Below are positions 20,356 through 30,551 of a stretch of DNA of 64,000 bases, in pieces. Within the stretch, counting starts at the first letter, position 1. Every line of letters begins with the position of its first letter. The notes under the pieces were generated by a model, which worked only from the letters and a program-made list of their open reading frames with translations, was not told the origin of the DNA and did not search any database. The position numbers and the translations under genes are program-made. The stretch is from an uncultured virus (IMG/VR IMGVR_UViG_3300042566_001492) (lineage: Duplodnaviria > Heunggongvirae > Uroviricota > Caudoviricetes), in the IMG/VR virus record IMGVR_UViG_3300042566_001492, one strand, 5' to 3'.

Positions 20356-21189
20356 ATGTTATTAAAAGTTGGAAGTAAAGGAGAAGATGTTAAAAAACTC
20401 CAATCAAAATTAGGACTAACAGCTGATGGTTCATTCGGACCAGGCACAGAAAAAGCTGTTAAAGCATGGCAAACAGCCAATGGATTAAAAGCGGATGGTA
20501 TCGTAGGTGACGGTACTTGGGCAAAAATGTTTAGTGGAGAAACACCAGCTACAAAACCAGCAGCGGCTCCGGTAGTAATTCCACCATCTGAATTTAAATT
20601 AGAAGCTCTTAAAGGACACGTTCCTGATGCAGTTATTGCTCAGATACCTGATACAGCTGCTAAATTTAATATTACAAATCCATTGAGATTAGCTCATTTC
20701 TTAGCTCAGTGTGGACACGAGTCTGGTGGGTTCAGAGCTGTTTCTGAAAACTTAAATTATTCAGCTAAAGGTTTATTAGGAACTTTTGGAAAATACTTTA
20801 ACTCAACAACAGCCGCTCAATATGAAAGAAAACCAGAAATGATTGCTTCAAGAGTTTATGGCGGAAGAATGGGTAATGGTGATGAGGCTTCTAAAGAAGG
20901 TTTTAAATTCAGAGGTAGGGGTTATATTCAATTAACCGGTAAATCAAACTATACTAACTTTACTAAATTTATCGGTGAAGATTGTATTGCTAATCCAGAT
21001 TTAGTTGCTACTAAATATCCTTTAGCATCAGCAGCATTCTTCTTCGATTCTAATAAATTATGGTCTATCTGTGATAAAGGTGCGACTGACGCTGATGTTA
21101 CTGCAGTTACAAAAAGAGTTAATGGTGGAACTATTGGATTAGCTGATAGAATTAAACACTTTAAAGAATATTACGCATTATTGAAATAA
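20356..21189 (+). CDS. Endolysin: peptidoglycan-binding domain plus GH19 (chitinase/lysozyme-like) domain
   Basis: ADGSFGPGT, GLKADGIVGDGTW; HFLAQCGHESG, FRGRGYIQLTG, TKRVNGG. Confidence 0.92.
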   Translation: MLLKVGSKGEDVKKLQSKLGLTADGSFGPGTEKAVKAWQTANGLKADGIVGDGTWAKMFSGETPATKPAAAPVVIPPSEFKLEALKGHVPDAVIAQIPDTAAKFNITNPLRLAHFLAQCGHESGGFRAVSENLNYSAKGLLGTFGKYFNSTTAAQYERKPEMIASRVYGGRMGNGDEASKEGFKFRGRGYIQLTGKSNYTNFTKFIGEDCIANPDLVATKYPLASAAFFFDSNKLWSICDKGATDADVTAVTKRVNGGTIGLADRIKHFKEYYALLK

Positions 21190-21192
21190 AAC

Positions 21193-21220
21193 AAAAACCC
21201 ACTCAATTGAGTGGGTTTTT
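21193..21220. terminator. Bidirectional terminator
   Basis: Perfect palindrome aaaaacccactc-aatt-gagtgggttttt between convergent genes. Confidence 0.88.
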
Positions 21221-21939
21221 TAATTTAATAAATCTTCTAATTTAATCTCTCTTAATATAGATTTATAAACTTCCGGTGTGTTATTATTTAGAAATTCAAC
21301 TATTCTTGTTTTATTGAAAAATCCCTTTTGCATGTAAACCATATCTTTACCATAGTCACTTATAGTCAAATTCATACATAAATTCGGTTTTAATCTCAAA
21401 GTACAGTTATAGGTATAATGCCCATCTTCATCAATTCTCAGAACGTAAGACTGCTCAAACTCAGGACCTAGATTAGATAACCCAGGTTGAAATTGAAGTT
21501 TCTCAAAGAAGTTAACAACTTGATTATATCTTTTCCATCGACAAGTCATTTTAGTCTCTGTATCATAAAATGAAAATCTCGATGGCATCTCATCAAATTC
21601 GGAATAATCTGAAATATAATATTCATCAGAGTCAGAGTTAAGTATAGAATCGATTGTAATATCTCTAGATTCTTCTACACTTTTATTTTTCTTATTAATT
21701 AAATTAGTAGTTAATCTATCAAAGATAAATCTGTGATTACCATCAGTGAGATATAATCTTTCACACTCATCAATTAAATATTGTGGAATCCGGTCTTTCG
21801 GAGAATAAATATTGGAAATATCTTCAACATAATCAATAGGATTACTACCATCATCGATCTCTATATCAATAAATATTTTACTTCTATCAAAGTTCATATT
21901 TATTATACCATAGTCATTACAAATGTTTATTATTGACAA
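21220..21939 (-). CDS. Hypothetical protein with C-terminal LREIKLEDLLN and internal SRDITIDSILN motifs
   Basis: ORF; true start probably downstream (MNFDRS). Confidence 0.6.
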   Translation of the reverse strand: MSIINICNDYGIINMNFDRSKIFIDIEIDDGSNPIDYVEDISNIYSPKDRIPQYLIDECERLYLTDGNHRFIFDRLTTNLINKKNKSVEESRDITIDSILNSDSDEYYISDYSEFDEMPSRFSFYDTETKMTCRWKRYNQVVNFFEKLQFQPGLSNLGPEFEQSYVLRIDEDGHYTYNCTLRLKPNLCMNLTISDYGKDMVYMQKGFFNKTRIVEFLNNNTPEVYKSILREIKLEDLLN

Positions 21940-21994
21940 ACAAAACTTACTTTAAATAATACAATATCATAGATATAAATTTAAAAAATAGACT

Positions 21995-22729
21995 ATGAAT
22001 TACGAAAAAGAATTTAAGAAATTTGCACTTAGCGAAGGAATATCATCTATGAACCTTCATTATTATCAACAACAAATTGAAGGAAGTATGACTCCATACA
22101 TTCTTGAAGAAAGAGAAATGAGAGTAACTCAAATGGATATCTTTTCAAGATTGATGAGAGATAGAATTCTTTGGGTAGCTGGAGCGGTAAATGACCAAAT
22201 GTCAACTATTGTTCAGGCACAGTTGATGTTTTTAGACTCTACTGAAAAGAAAGACATCACAATGCACATTGACTCACCAGGTGGATCAGTAAAGTCTGGA
22301 TTATCTATGATTGATGTTATGAATTATATAAATTCGGATATTATCACTGTTAATACGGGAATGGCTGCTTCAATGGGATCTGTTCTTCTTTCATCAGGTA
22401 CTAAAGGTAAAAGATCATCACTTAAGTTTTCTAAAGTAATGACACACCAAGTATCACATGGAACTCAAGGTAATGTTCAAGATACTCGTATCAATCAACT
22501 TGAAGCTGAAAAGTACAACTTTATTTTGTTTAAGATGTTGGGTGAGAATTGTGGTAAAACATATCAAGAAGTTATTGAGTGGTCTAGAAGAGACCGTTGG
22601 TATAACTCGGATGAAGCATTAGCTTTCGGATTAATCGATGAGGTTATTGGAGTTGATGAAAAAACAACAATCACTTCAATGTTAGATGGTTTTGATGAGT
22701 ATTACAAAAATGAAGTAATGAAGTCGTAA
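21995..22729 (+). CDS. clpP: ATP-dependent Clp protease proteolytic subunit
   Basis: MDIFSRLMRDRI, IDSPGGSV, GMAASMG (catalytic Ser), MTHQ (His), RDRW, FGLIDEV. Confidence 0.95.
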   Translation: MNYEKEFKKFALSEGISSMNLHYYQQQIEGSMTPYILEEREMRVTQMDIFSRLMRDRILWVAGAVNDQMSTIVQAQLMFLDSTEKKDITMHIDSPGGSVKSGLSMIDVMNYINSDIITVNTGMAASMGSVLLSSGTKGKRSSLKFSKVMTHQVSHGTQGNVQDTRINQLEAEKYNFILFKMLGENCGKTYQEVIEWSRRDRWYNSDEALAFGLIDEVIGVDEKTTITSMLDGFDEYYKNEVMKS

Positions 22730-23256
22730 TGAAAACCTATAAAATATCTTTAGGTGGTAGAGGTTCAGAGTGTTTTATTTTTCCTATAAATGAAACACAA
22801 TATCAAAAATTACTTAACGGTGATGTTGAAAGTGATAAAATGGAACTTGATGACATCTTAGAAACTATTGAAGTTGAGGATATATTTGACTCTGAAATTT
22901 CAGTTTTAGGAGCTTATGATACCGAATACTACATTACTGTATCAGATGAGAATGGTGATGAAATTTGGAATTCAGAAACCGAATCAATTGACCACGATGA
23001 TATGCAATGGGTTGACGTAGAGATAGAAGGAGATTATCTTGTAATAGAAGACTACTCTAAAGGTAATTTTTTTAACTTTTATGTCGAAACAGAAGATGAT
23101 TTTAATCCAAATAAAATTGGATTTATAATTACTGAAGTAGCTGATAGTAGAGATATTATTACATCTATTAAATATGACAACGAAGATCTCTCAGATACAA
23201 AAGAATATGATGATTACTGGTCAAAAGGTCTTTATTATATTCTTAAAAAAAGATAA
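22729..23256 (+). CDS. Acidic hypothetical protein
   Basis: 175-aa ORF coupled to clpP. Confidence 0.65.
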   Translation: MKTYKISLGGRGSECFIFPINETQYQKLLNGDVESDKMELDDILETIEVEDIFDSEISVLGAYDTEYYITVSDENGDEIWNSETESIDHDDMQWVDVEIEGDYLVIEDYSKGNFFNFYVETEDDFNPNKIGFIITEVADSRDIITSIKYDNEDLSDTKEYDDYWSKGLYYILKKR

Positions 23257-23261
23257 AAATA

Positions 23262-25394
23262 ATGAAGAAAATTTTATTTATAACTCCACATTTATCAACC
23301 GGTGGACAACCACAATATCTTTATAAAAAAATAGAACATTTTAACAACCAGTTTGATGTTTATTGTGTTGAACACAGCAACTTTTCTGATGAATATGTTG
23401 TACAAAGGAACAGAATAAAAAATTTAATAGGTGAAAAGTTAATTGCTTTAGGACCATACAAAAGTGATCTTCTTAATATAATTTCAGAAATCAAACCTGA
23501 TGTTATTCATATAGAAGAAATACCAGAAACATTTTTAGATAGATACCTACTAAAGTCTATTTATAATGAGGACAGAGATTATCACATAGTTGTAACAACT
23601 CATACCTCAGGAACTGTTCCAAGTGAATTAAGATTTTTAGCTGATAAATTTGTACTGGTTTCTACATGGAGTAAAAGAATTTTTGATGAACACTTTAAGG
23701 GTGAAATACCTTGTGAGATTTGGGAATATCCAGTAGAAAATCTAAAACCAAATAAAGAAGAAGCTCAAGAAATTCTTGGATTTGAGAAAGATTGGAAACA
23801 TGTTATCAACGTAGGTTTATTCACACCCGGAAAGAACCAAGGTGAGTTATTTAATTTAGCATCATTGTTACAGAGATATAAGATTAAATTTCATTTTATT
23901 GGTAACCAAGCTGATAATTTTAGTGACTACTGGTCACCAATTATGAAAATTAAACCGGATAACTGTATAGTACACGGTGAAAGAAGTGACGTTGATTTAT
24001 TTTATCAAGCAGCAGACGCTTTCTACTTTACTTCCAACCATGAACTCAATCCGTTAGTAGTAAAAGAATCATTATCTTGGGGTATTCCTACCTTCATAAA
24101 AAAACTCTTTACATATGAAGAAACTTATGATGGTTTAGTAACTTACATAGATAAAGACCAAAATATCAATATAAAAAATCTTATTGACATTTTAAGACCT
24201 GAAAGAGTTGAAGAAATTCCAGGTTGGTTTTCATACCAATCATTATATGACTTTTTTGTTAGACAATCCAGTGATGATTCAATAATCGTTGAAATTGGTA
24301 GTTTCTTAGGAAAGTCAACAAAATATCTTGTTGATAAAGTTAAAGCATCAAGTAAAAATATTCATGTAGTCGCAATAGATACTTTCAAGGGAACTACAAA
24401 TGAAGACTTTCACGTAAACTTTGTTTCACAACATGATGGTGATTTATATCAAGAATTTTCACAAAATGTTGACGTGACTAATCTAACTGTACTTAAAGAA
24501 AACTCAAATGACGCTTGTCAGTATTTTGGTAACGGAACAATCGACTTTTTAATGATTGATGGTGACCATTCTTACGAGGGAGTAACCTCAGATATTAAGA
24601 ACTATTTTTATAAAATGAAACCAGGTGGTTTTATTTCGGGAGACGATTACAATGTTTTTGATAGCACAACTCAGGCAGTTAATGATTTTTTCAGAGGAAC
24701 TCACCACTTATCACATAATGGTATTAATTGGTATTATAGAATTCCTAGAATTCAGTTGATTCACTTATCAACCACACCGATGAGTGAAAGAGCGATTAAA
24801 TCCTTAGCTAATATCAAAAATCTTGATAAGTATAATATTGATGTTAGAATGATACAAAATGAACCATATACTGGTAAAATAGATATGGATACTTATAGAA
24901 ATCCATTCTCAACTACTGTAAAACCAGCTCATTATGGTTGTTACTTAGCACACTGTGAGGCTTTACTTTCAATAGACGATGTTAACTATGATTACACAAT
25001 AGTTATGGAAGAGGATGCTTACTTAGATTGTACTCTAAAAGAATTTGCTGATATGGTGCATAGAGTTATCTTCGCTTGTGAAAAAGAATCAATCTATTTT
25101 GTCGGACTTGGAAATGAAAACTTTGTAGAGTCACATGATTTCAATGATGAACTCACAAGATGTTGGCATCAAAATTTAGCTCATTGTTATCTAATACCTA
25201 ATAGATACAAAAGTTGGTATGTTGATAAAATTTCATCTTCTAGTTGGGATGTTGCTGATATTTGGTACAATCACATTTTTAACATGGATAGACAAACTAG
25301 ATTAGCAACAAAAAAAGTTTATTCTAAACAAATTGCAGGAGTTTCAATAATAGATAATGTTTATAAACAATACAAAGAAGGATTAATGATATGA
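23262..25394 (+). CDS. Fusion: GT-B (GT4-like) glycosyltransferase, class I SAM methyltransferase and GT-A/GT25-like domain
   Basis: TPHLSTGG, KNQ, ELNPLVVKES; VEIGSFLGKS, IDGDHSY, GDDY; GCYLAH...MEEDA. Confidence 0.85.
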   Translation: MKKILFITPHLSTGGQPQYLYKKIEHFNNQFDVYCVEHSNFSDEYVVQRNRIKNLIGEKLIALGPYKSDLLNIISEIKPDVIHIEEIPETFLDRYLLKSIYNEDRDYHIVVTTHTSGTVPSELRFLADKFVLVSTWSKRIFDEHFKGEIPCEIWEYPVENLKPNKEEAQEILGFEKDWKHVINVGLFTPGKNQGELFNLASLLQRYKIKFHFIGNQADNFSDYWSPIMKIKPDNCIVHGERSDVDLFYQAADAFYFTSNHELNPLVVKESLSWGIPTFIKKLFTYEETYDGLVTYIDKDQNINIKNLIDILRPERVEEIPGWFSYQSLYDFFVRQSSDDSIIVEIGSFLGKSTKYLVDKVKASSKNIHVVAIDTFKGTTNEDFHVNFVSQHDGDLYQEFSQNVDVTNLTVLKENSNDACQYFGNGTIDFLMIDGDHSYEGVTSDIKNYFYKMKPGGFISGDDYNVFDSTTQAVNDFFRGTHHLSHNGINWYYRIPRIQLIHLSTTPMSERAIKSLANIKNLDKYNIDVRMIQNEPYTGKIDMDTYRNPFSTTVKPAHYGCYLAHCEALLSIDDVNYDYTIVMEEDAYLDCTLKEFADMVHRVIFACEKESIYFVGLGNENFVESHDFNDELTRCWHQNLAHCYLIPNRYKSWYVDKISSSSWDVADIWYNHIFNMDRQTRLATKKVYSKQIAGVSIIDNVYKQYKEGLMI

Positions 25395-26542
25395 TATATG
25401 ATAATTTAACATTTAATAAAAATATTGTAAGAAAATTACAACCAAAGGTATCAATTAATAATATCTTTGGACCAAAAGTTGAAATTAACAACTCACCAGA
25501 TGATACATTCAAAGTTTCTTTCATAGATAAAGACACAGATACACTACATCATAGTGGTGAGATTGGAAATAACTGTTGGATAAGTTGTAACATGTTATAT
25601 TATAAGAGATGGTTGATAAAAATTGAAAAGAACGGAGGTGAAGAAGAATTCACATATGAATTAGACTTGAATGGAAAATCAGTATTGATTAGTTTCGAAT
25701 CTAAGGCACTTGGTGACAATCTTTCTTGGATGGCATACGTCGAGGAATTTAGAAAAAAACATAACTGTAAAGTTTACTGTTCGACATTTTGGAATCACTT
25801 GTTTCAATTAAACTATCCAGAAATTAATTTTGTTAGCCCTGGTTCGGTTGTACATGGTATTACCGCTCAGTATAGATTAGGATGGTTCTATGGTGTCAAT
25901 CACGAAATAGATTATTGGAGACATCCAAGTAATATTAGAGTACAACCTTTACAAAAAGCAGCTTCTGATATATTAGGACTTGAATATAAAGAATTGAGAC
26001 CTCTTATAAATCTCTCCAAAGATATTGAAAAAGAAAATATAGTTTCAATTGCAATACATGGAACTTGTCAAGCTAAGTACTGGAATAATCCAAATGGTTG
26101 GCAAGAAGTTGTTGATTATCTTAAGTCTATTGGATATCAGGTGATACTTTTATCAAAAGAAGATCAAGGATATATGGGTAATCATCATCCAGTCGGAGTT
26201 GAAAAATTACCAGCTGGACCAATTGAAACCGTTATTGAAACTTTACAGAAGTCAAAACTATTTATAGGTATTGGCTCAGGTCTTTCTTGGTTAAGTTGGT
26301 CAACTGGAATACCAACTTGTATAATTTCTGGATTCAGTTACGATTACACAGAACCTGTTGGTGAGGGAGTTATTAGAATAAAAGCACCAGAGAATTCATG
26401 TACGGGTTGTTTTAACACACACAGACTTAATCCAGGTGATTGGAATTGGTGTCCGGTTCATAAAGGAACAGAAAAACAGTTTGAGTGTAGTAAACTAATT
26501 ACATCACAAATGGTAATAGACGCTATTAAATCATACTTATAA
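25391..26542 (+). CDS. Aah/TibC-like (autotransporter strand-loop-strand) O-heptosyltransferase homologue
   Basis: SKALGD, PLQK..DILG, AKYWNNPNGW, FIGIGSGLSWL, C-terminal CTGCFN...WCP.H...FECS. Confidence 0.82.
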   Translation: MIYDNLTFNKNIVRKLQPKVSINNIFGPKVEINNSPDDTFKVSFIDKDTDTLHHSGEIGNNCWISCNMLYYKRWLIKIEKNGGEEEFTYELDLNGKSVLISFESKALGDNLSWMAYVEEFRKKHNCKVYCSTFWNHLFQLNYPEINFVSPGSVVHGITAQYRLGWFYGVNHEIDYWRHPSNIRVQPLQKAASDILGLEYKELRPLINLSKDIEKENIVSIAIHGTCQAKYWNNPNGWQEVVDYLKSIGYQVILLSKEDQGYMGNHHPVGVEKLPAGPIETVIETLQKSKLFIGIGSGLSWLSWSTGIPTCIISGFSYDYTEPVGEGVIRIKAPENSCTGCFNTHRLNPGDWNWCPVHKGTEKQFECSKLITSQMVIDAIKSYL

Positions 26543-26544
26543 AA

Positions 26545-26569
26545 AAACCCTCTCAATTTGAGAGGGTTT
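26545..26569. terminator. Bidirectional terminator
   Basis: aaaccctctcaa-t-ttgagagggttt between convergent genes. Confidence 0.8.
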
Positions 26570-26591
26570 AGTTTTTAAAATAGAAATTATT

Positions 26592-26759
26592 TTATTTTTT
26601 GTTAATAACTGACCAGATGGTACCAGTAAGTGTCATAACACCACCAATAATTTCAGTTACAACTGCCTCATCAACAAGACCTCTCATAACCAAAATACCA
26701 CCTACGAATGTAAGAGTGTGTCTTACAATACCTAAAATTTGTTCTTTAGTAAGTTTCAT
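26592..26759 (-). CDS. 55-aa two-TM holin-like protein (below ORF-track cutoff)
   Basis: MKLTKEQILGIVRHTLTFVGGILVMRGLVDEAVVTEIIGGVMTLTGTIWSVINKK; CAATATATA upstream. Confidence 0.7.
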   Translation of the reverse strand: MKLTKEQILGIVRHTLTFVGGILVMRGLVDEAVVTEIIGGVMTLTGTIWSVINKK

Positions 26760-26839
26760 AGTATATTTTTATTTTTATATATTGACCTGAAAAAATCTAA
26801 TTTTTCTAAATTAATATATACTTAAAAAATTCGAGGATT

Positions 26840-27274
26840 ATGACTTATAAAGATAATACACCTACCTATAATGTTAATAGAAAAGTAGTTAATTTTGGAG
26901 ACTTTGCTAACAACTTAGAGGCAGAGAAGGAAAAATTGAAAAAAGTTAAAAGATCTTTTCAACCAAATTCAGATAGACAGAATTTTCCATCAAATACCAG
27001 AAATGAGTTTGATCCTATAACTCGTAAAATCACAGCTTACACAGAAGATGAAATTGATGATAAACTTACCCAAATCGAAAACTATGAAGGTTTAGAAGAA
27101 TCGAAATCCGAGAAAGCAGAAACTTTAGAAGATTGTCCATCTTATAAAGATTTCAATAAGGCAATATCCGAACTAAAGAAAGTAACTAAAAAGATTCACT
27201 CAGAATTGAAAAGAGGAACTAAAGGAGAGATTGATGATTATATCGAGAAGAAGATTTTTGGCAGAGATGTTTAA
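26840..27274 (+). CDS. Hypothetical protein
   Basis: TAATATATA at 26812-26820; 144-aa ORF. Confidence 0.65.
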   Translation: MTYKDNTPTYNVNRKVVNFGDFANNLEAEKEKLKKVKRSFQPNSDRQNFPSNTRNEFDPITRKITAYTEDEIDDKLTQIENYEGLEESKSEKAETLEDCPSYKDFNKAISELKKVTKKIHSELKRGTKGEIDDYIEKKIFGRDV

Positions 27275-27298
27275 TTTAGTTAATTTTTATTATAACTC

Positions 27299-27463
27299 AT
27301 GAAAACAGTATTCTTAATTTATTTAATATCATTTATTATTGGATTATCACTAATATCTTTAGTAATTTTATCTTTTTACATATCAAAACAATATCCTGAT
27401 TCTAAATTAGATAAGTTTCTTAAAAGACATGTAGTTGATAACTACGAAGGAGACAATTTTTAG
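27299..27463 (+). CDS. 54-aa single-TM protein
   Basis: MKTVFLIYLISFIIGLSLISLVILSFYISKQYPDSK..., read by hand. Confidence 0.5.
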   Translation: MKTVFLIYLISFIIGLSLISLVILSFYISKQYPDSKLDKFLKRHVVDNYEGDNF

Positions 27464-27690
27464 ATCCTACCTTCAGGATATACTCCATCAATACATATAA
27501 TGTAATTAACACCACCTGGTGTATTCAGATTCGGTAATTGAAAATTCTTATCATCACCACCATACATCACACCAACAATTGAAAATAAAAGTGGGTACTT
27601 TGTTGAAGAAAGATTTCTCCCATCACAGAACAACCAACCCTTTGGTTCAAAGTTTCCTGAAAATATTTTAATTTCACCTATAAAGTTCAT
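27460..27690 (-). CDS. Phage tail-collar domain protein
   Basis: FIGEIKIFSGNFEPKGWLFCDG...YPLLFSIVG..YGGD...FQLPNL; TAATATATA 4 nt upstream. Confidence 0.88.
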   Translation of the reverse strand: MNFIGEIKIFSGNFEPKGWLFCDGRNLSSTKYPLLFSIVGVMYGGDDKNFQLPNLNTPGGVNYIICIDGVYPEGRI

Positions 27691-27708
27691 AGTGTATATA
27701 TTAAATAA

Positions 27709-28515
27709 TTAAAACAAATCTACAGATTCACCGTCGTTACTTCCAAAAACTATAGAAATATTTTCTATGTAGTTTTTATTTGGTATCATTTTCTCAAGAG
27801 CTTTTGCTGTTCGATAGTCTGCTCCAGACCATTCATCCCAAACAGTATAATCTAAATACTTTGAATGAAAGCAAAAACAAGAAGTTCCAAAATCATGTAA
27901 TATAACTGGATGACCGGATTTAATTTTACTCCAAGATATCTCAGAAGGCATAGTTTTACCAACAGTGCTTATCTTTCTGAAAATATGAAGAGTATCTTCA
28001 TTATTTTCCAATATATTTAGTTTTAAAATTTGTAAAAAGTCATCTGAATGAAAGTAATCATCGTCATCTAAATAAAAAACCCAACCGTCATTGATTTTTG
28101 ATTCCGCTATCTTAACATAAGAGTTGTAAGGGCAGTGTCTTAACTTTGGTCTGGAAGTAAAGGATGATGATTTATACTCACCATATTGTTTTTGTTCGAC
28201 AGGTATTTTTTTATCACGAAAGTCTTTCATCAAAGTATGTGCAAGCTTTTGTTGAAATTCCCAATCTGGATTAACAAAGTCATCAAGTAAGTCATGGTGA
28301 TTATATGAATAAAATAAGTTTGGAATACGTTTGAAGTTTGGAACTTTAACTAAACTTAAATCAGTAAAACTTTGCAAAAAATCTCCTATTTCTTTAGACT
28401 CATGTGTACAAATATGATTAACGTTTTTGTAGTTCTGACTTAGTAAAGACTCGCGACATCTTTTAAAAAAATTTTTACGAGATACTCTAGTTATTACATT
28501 GATTAACGGATCCAT
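27709..28515 (-). CDS. GT-A (GT2-like) glycosyltransferase
   Basis: INVITR...SLLSQNY, FYLDDDD, SGADY. Confidence 0.75.
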   Translation of the reverse strand: MDPLINVITRVSRKNFFKRCRESLLSQNYKNVNHICTHESKEIGDFLQSFTDLSLVKVPNFKRIPNLFYSYNHHDLLDDFVNPDWEFQQKLAHTLMKDFRDKKIPVEQKQYGEYKSSSFTSRPKLRHCPYNSYVKIAESKINDGWVFYLDDDDYFHSDDFLQILKLNILENNEDTLHIFRKISTVGKTMPSEISWSKIKSGHPVILHDFGTSCFCFHSKYLDYTVWDEWSGADYRTAKALEKMIPNKNYIENISIVFGSNDGESVDLF

Positions 28516-28583
28516 ATAGATTTATATAAATTTATTTACTATAGTTTTTTCAACCAACATCTTATTTTAGATATAATTAAGGT

Positions 28584-30551
28584 ATGAAAATAGTTTATGT
28601 AACTCCGCACTTATCAACGGGTGGTATGCCAGAATACTTAAGAAAAAAAGTTGAATTACTCAAAGATGATAATGAAGTTTGGGTAATTGAAAAAAACTTT
28701 GAACCAGCATATAGAACAGTAAGAGATAAAATTGAGAATCTAATTGGTGATAAACTTGTAAACTTAGGAAGTAATCTACAAAAACTACCTAACCTTATTA
28801 ACTCAATCAATCCAGATATTATTCACTTTGAGGAACTTTCTGATTATCACTTTACAGATGATATTCTAAATCAAATTTATAAACAAAACAGAAGTTGGAA
28901 AATATTTGAGACCTTACATGATTCGTCAATTGACCACACTGAAAAAAGATTTATACCCGATAAAATGTTGGTTGTTAGTCCGTGGCAAATCAAAAATTTC
29001 TTACCACTAAATATACCAATTGAAATAATACAACACGAAATAGAAGGAGGTATACGAGATAGAGAAAGTGTTTTAAGAAAACTCGAGTTAGACACAAATA
29101 AAAAACACATTTTACAAGTTGGACTTTTCTCTAATAGAAAAAATCAATCAGAAACTATTGAGTTAGCAAGAAAACTACCTGAAGTGAATTTTCATTTTGT
29201 TGGATCACTTACTGAAAACTATAGTTCATACTGGAAACCATTATTAGATAATCTACCAAGTAATTGTAAAGTTTGGGGAGAAAGATCAGACCCTGAAACA
29301 TTTTACAGTTGTATGGATATGGTTATTTTCCCATCAAGAGGTAATTATGGTGATAGAGAAACCAACCCACTTGTTATTAGAGAATCTATATCATGGGGTG
29401 TGCCTTTATTAGTTAGAGACCTACCTTTTTACTTAGGTCAGTATAACGAAGGTGATAAAGTAAAATTTATGTCTGATGACATTGAAGAGAATAAGAAAAT
29501 TATAAACGATATGCTTAATATAGAAACAAATCAAACAATAAACATAACCGAGGAAAATTTCTTTAGAAAAAAACTTTTTAATATAGAGTTTAAACCAGAA
29601 GAAAATAATAAAATTAATTTTACGTATTTAGAAGATAAACCAATCTCTACAAAAGTTTGTGTAAGAGATATTGACACTGAAGTTCCAATTTATTCATTTG
29701 ATGCAAATTTTGAGTATAAAAATAGTTATTGGTGTGTTCCTATTCCGGTTGAATATTATGACTTTAAAAACAATCCTAATTTTGGTGGCTTCTTATATGA
29801 CTTTTATGTTGATGGTGAGAAAGTATATTCAATGACCACAAGAATAAAATCAACAATAACTCCTAAAAGAAAGTTTAGATTAGAAACATTCGAACCGGCT
29901 TTTGTAAACTATGAACAATTTTTTACAACTAAAATTTATGAAGATTTCTTTAATGAGGTTGGTAAAATTGATAGTGTTATAGATGTTGGTTCTAATATTG
30001 GTTTATTTACTGAATTGTGTTTAGACAAAGGTGCTATTTCAGTAATTTGTTTAGAAATAAATAAATCAGCAATTAATACATTTGATAGTCTTTATGGTCA
30101 AAGAGATAATATAAAACTAATACAAAAAGCAATTTCTGACAAAAATGGTTTAATAGAAATTTATGAAGATCCTGAGAATTCACTTATAAGTTCAATATCA
30201 AAAAGTCATGGTGAAAACCTATCTGTTACTAATGTAGTTGAATCAATAACAATGGATAAGTTATTTAGTTCTGAAAATATTGAAAATGTTGGTTTACTTA
30301 AAATCGATATCGAAGGAGCTGAGTATGGAGCATTTGAGTCTTTATCAGATAGTAACCTATCTAAAGTCAATTCTATAATATTAGAGTTTCATGATAATTA
30401 TGGTGGAATCTTAAGAGATAAAATCTTAAATAAACTTGATAAAAATGGATTTACATATAATCTATACCAAGCAGATTGTAAATCACAGTCATATGAATAT
30501 GAAGAAAGTGGTACAATATTCGCACTAAATCAAAAAATATCTAATAAATGA
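28584..30551 (+). CDS. Fusion: GT4-like glycosyltransferase plus FkbM-family methyltransferase
   Basis: TPHLSTGGMP, RKNQ, ETNPLVIRES; IDVGSNIG, LKIDIEGAE, LEFH. Confidence 0.87.
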   Translation: MKIVYVTPHLSTGGMPEYLRKKVELLKDDNEVWVIEKNFEPAYRTVRDKIENLIGDKLVNLGSNLQKLPNLINSINPDIIHFEELSDYHFTDDILNQIYKQNRSWKIFETLHDSSIDHTEKRFIPDKMLVVSPWQIKNFLPLNIPIEIIQHEIEGGIRDRESVLRKLELDTNKKHILQVGLFSNRKNQSETIELARKLPEVNFHFVGSLTENYSSYWKPLLDNLPSNCKVWGERSDPETFYSCMDMVIFPSRGNYGDRETNPLVIRESISWGVPLLVRDLPFYLGQYNEGDKVKFMSDDIEENKKIINDMLNIETNQTINITEENFFRKKLFNIEFKPEENNKINFTYLEDKPISTKVCVRDIDTEVPIYSFDANFEYKNSYWCVPIPVEYYDFKNNPNFGGFLYDFYVDGEKVYSMTTRIKSTITPKRKFRLETFEPAFVNYEQFFTTKIYEDFFNEVGKIDSVIDVGSNIGLFTELCLDKGAISVICLEINKSAINTFDSLYGQRDNIKLIQKAISDKNGLIEIYEDPENSLISSISKSHGENLSVTNVVESITMDKLFSSENIENVGLLKIDIEGAEYGAFESLSDSNLSKVNSIILEFHDNYGGILRDKILNKLDKNGFTYNLYQADCKSQSYEYEESGTIFALNQKISNK

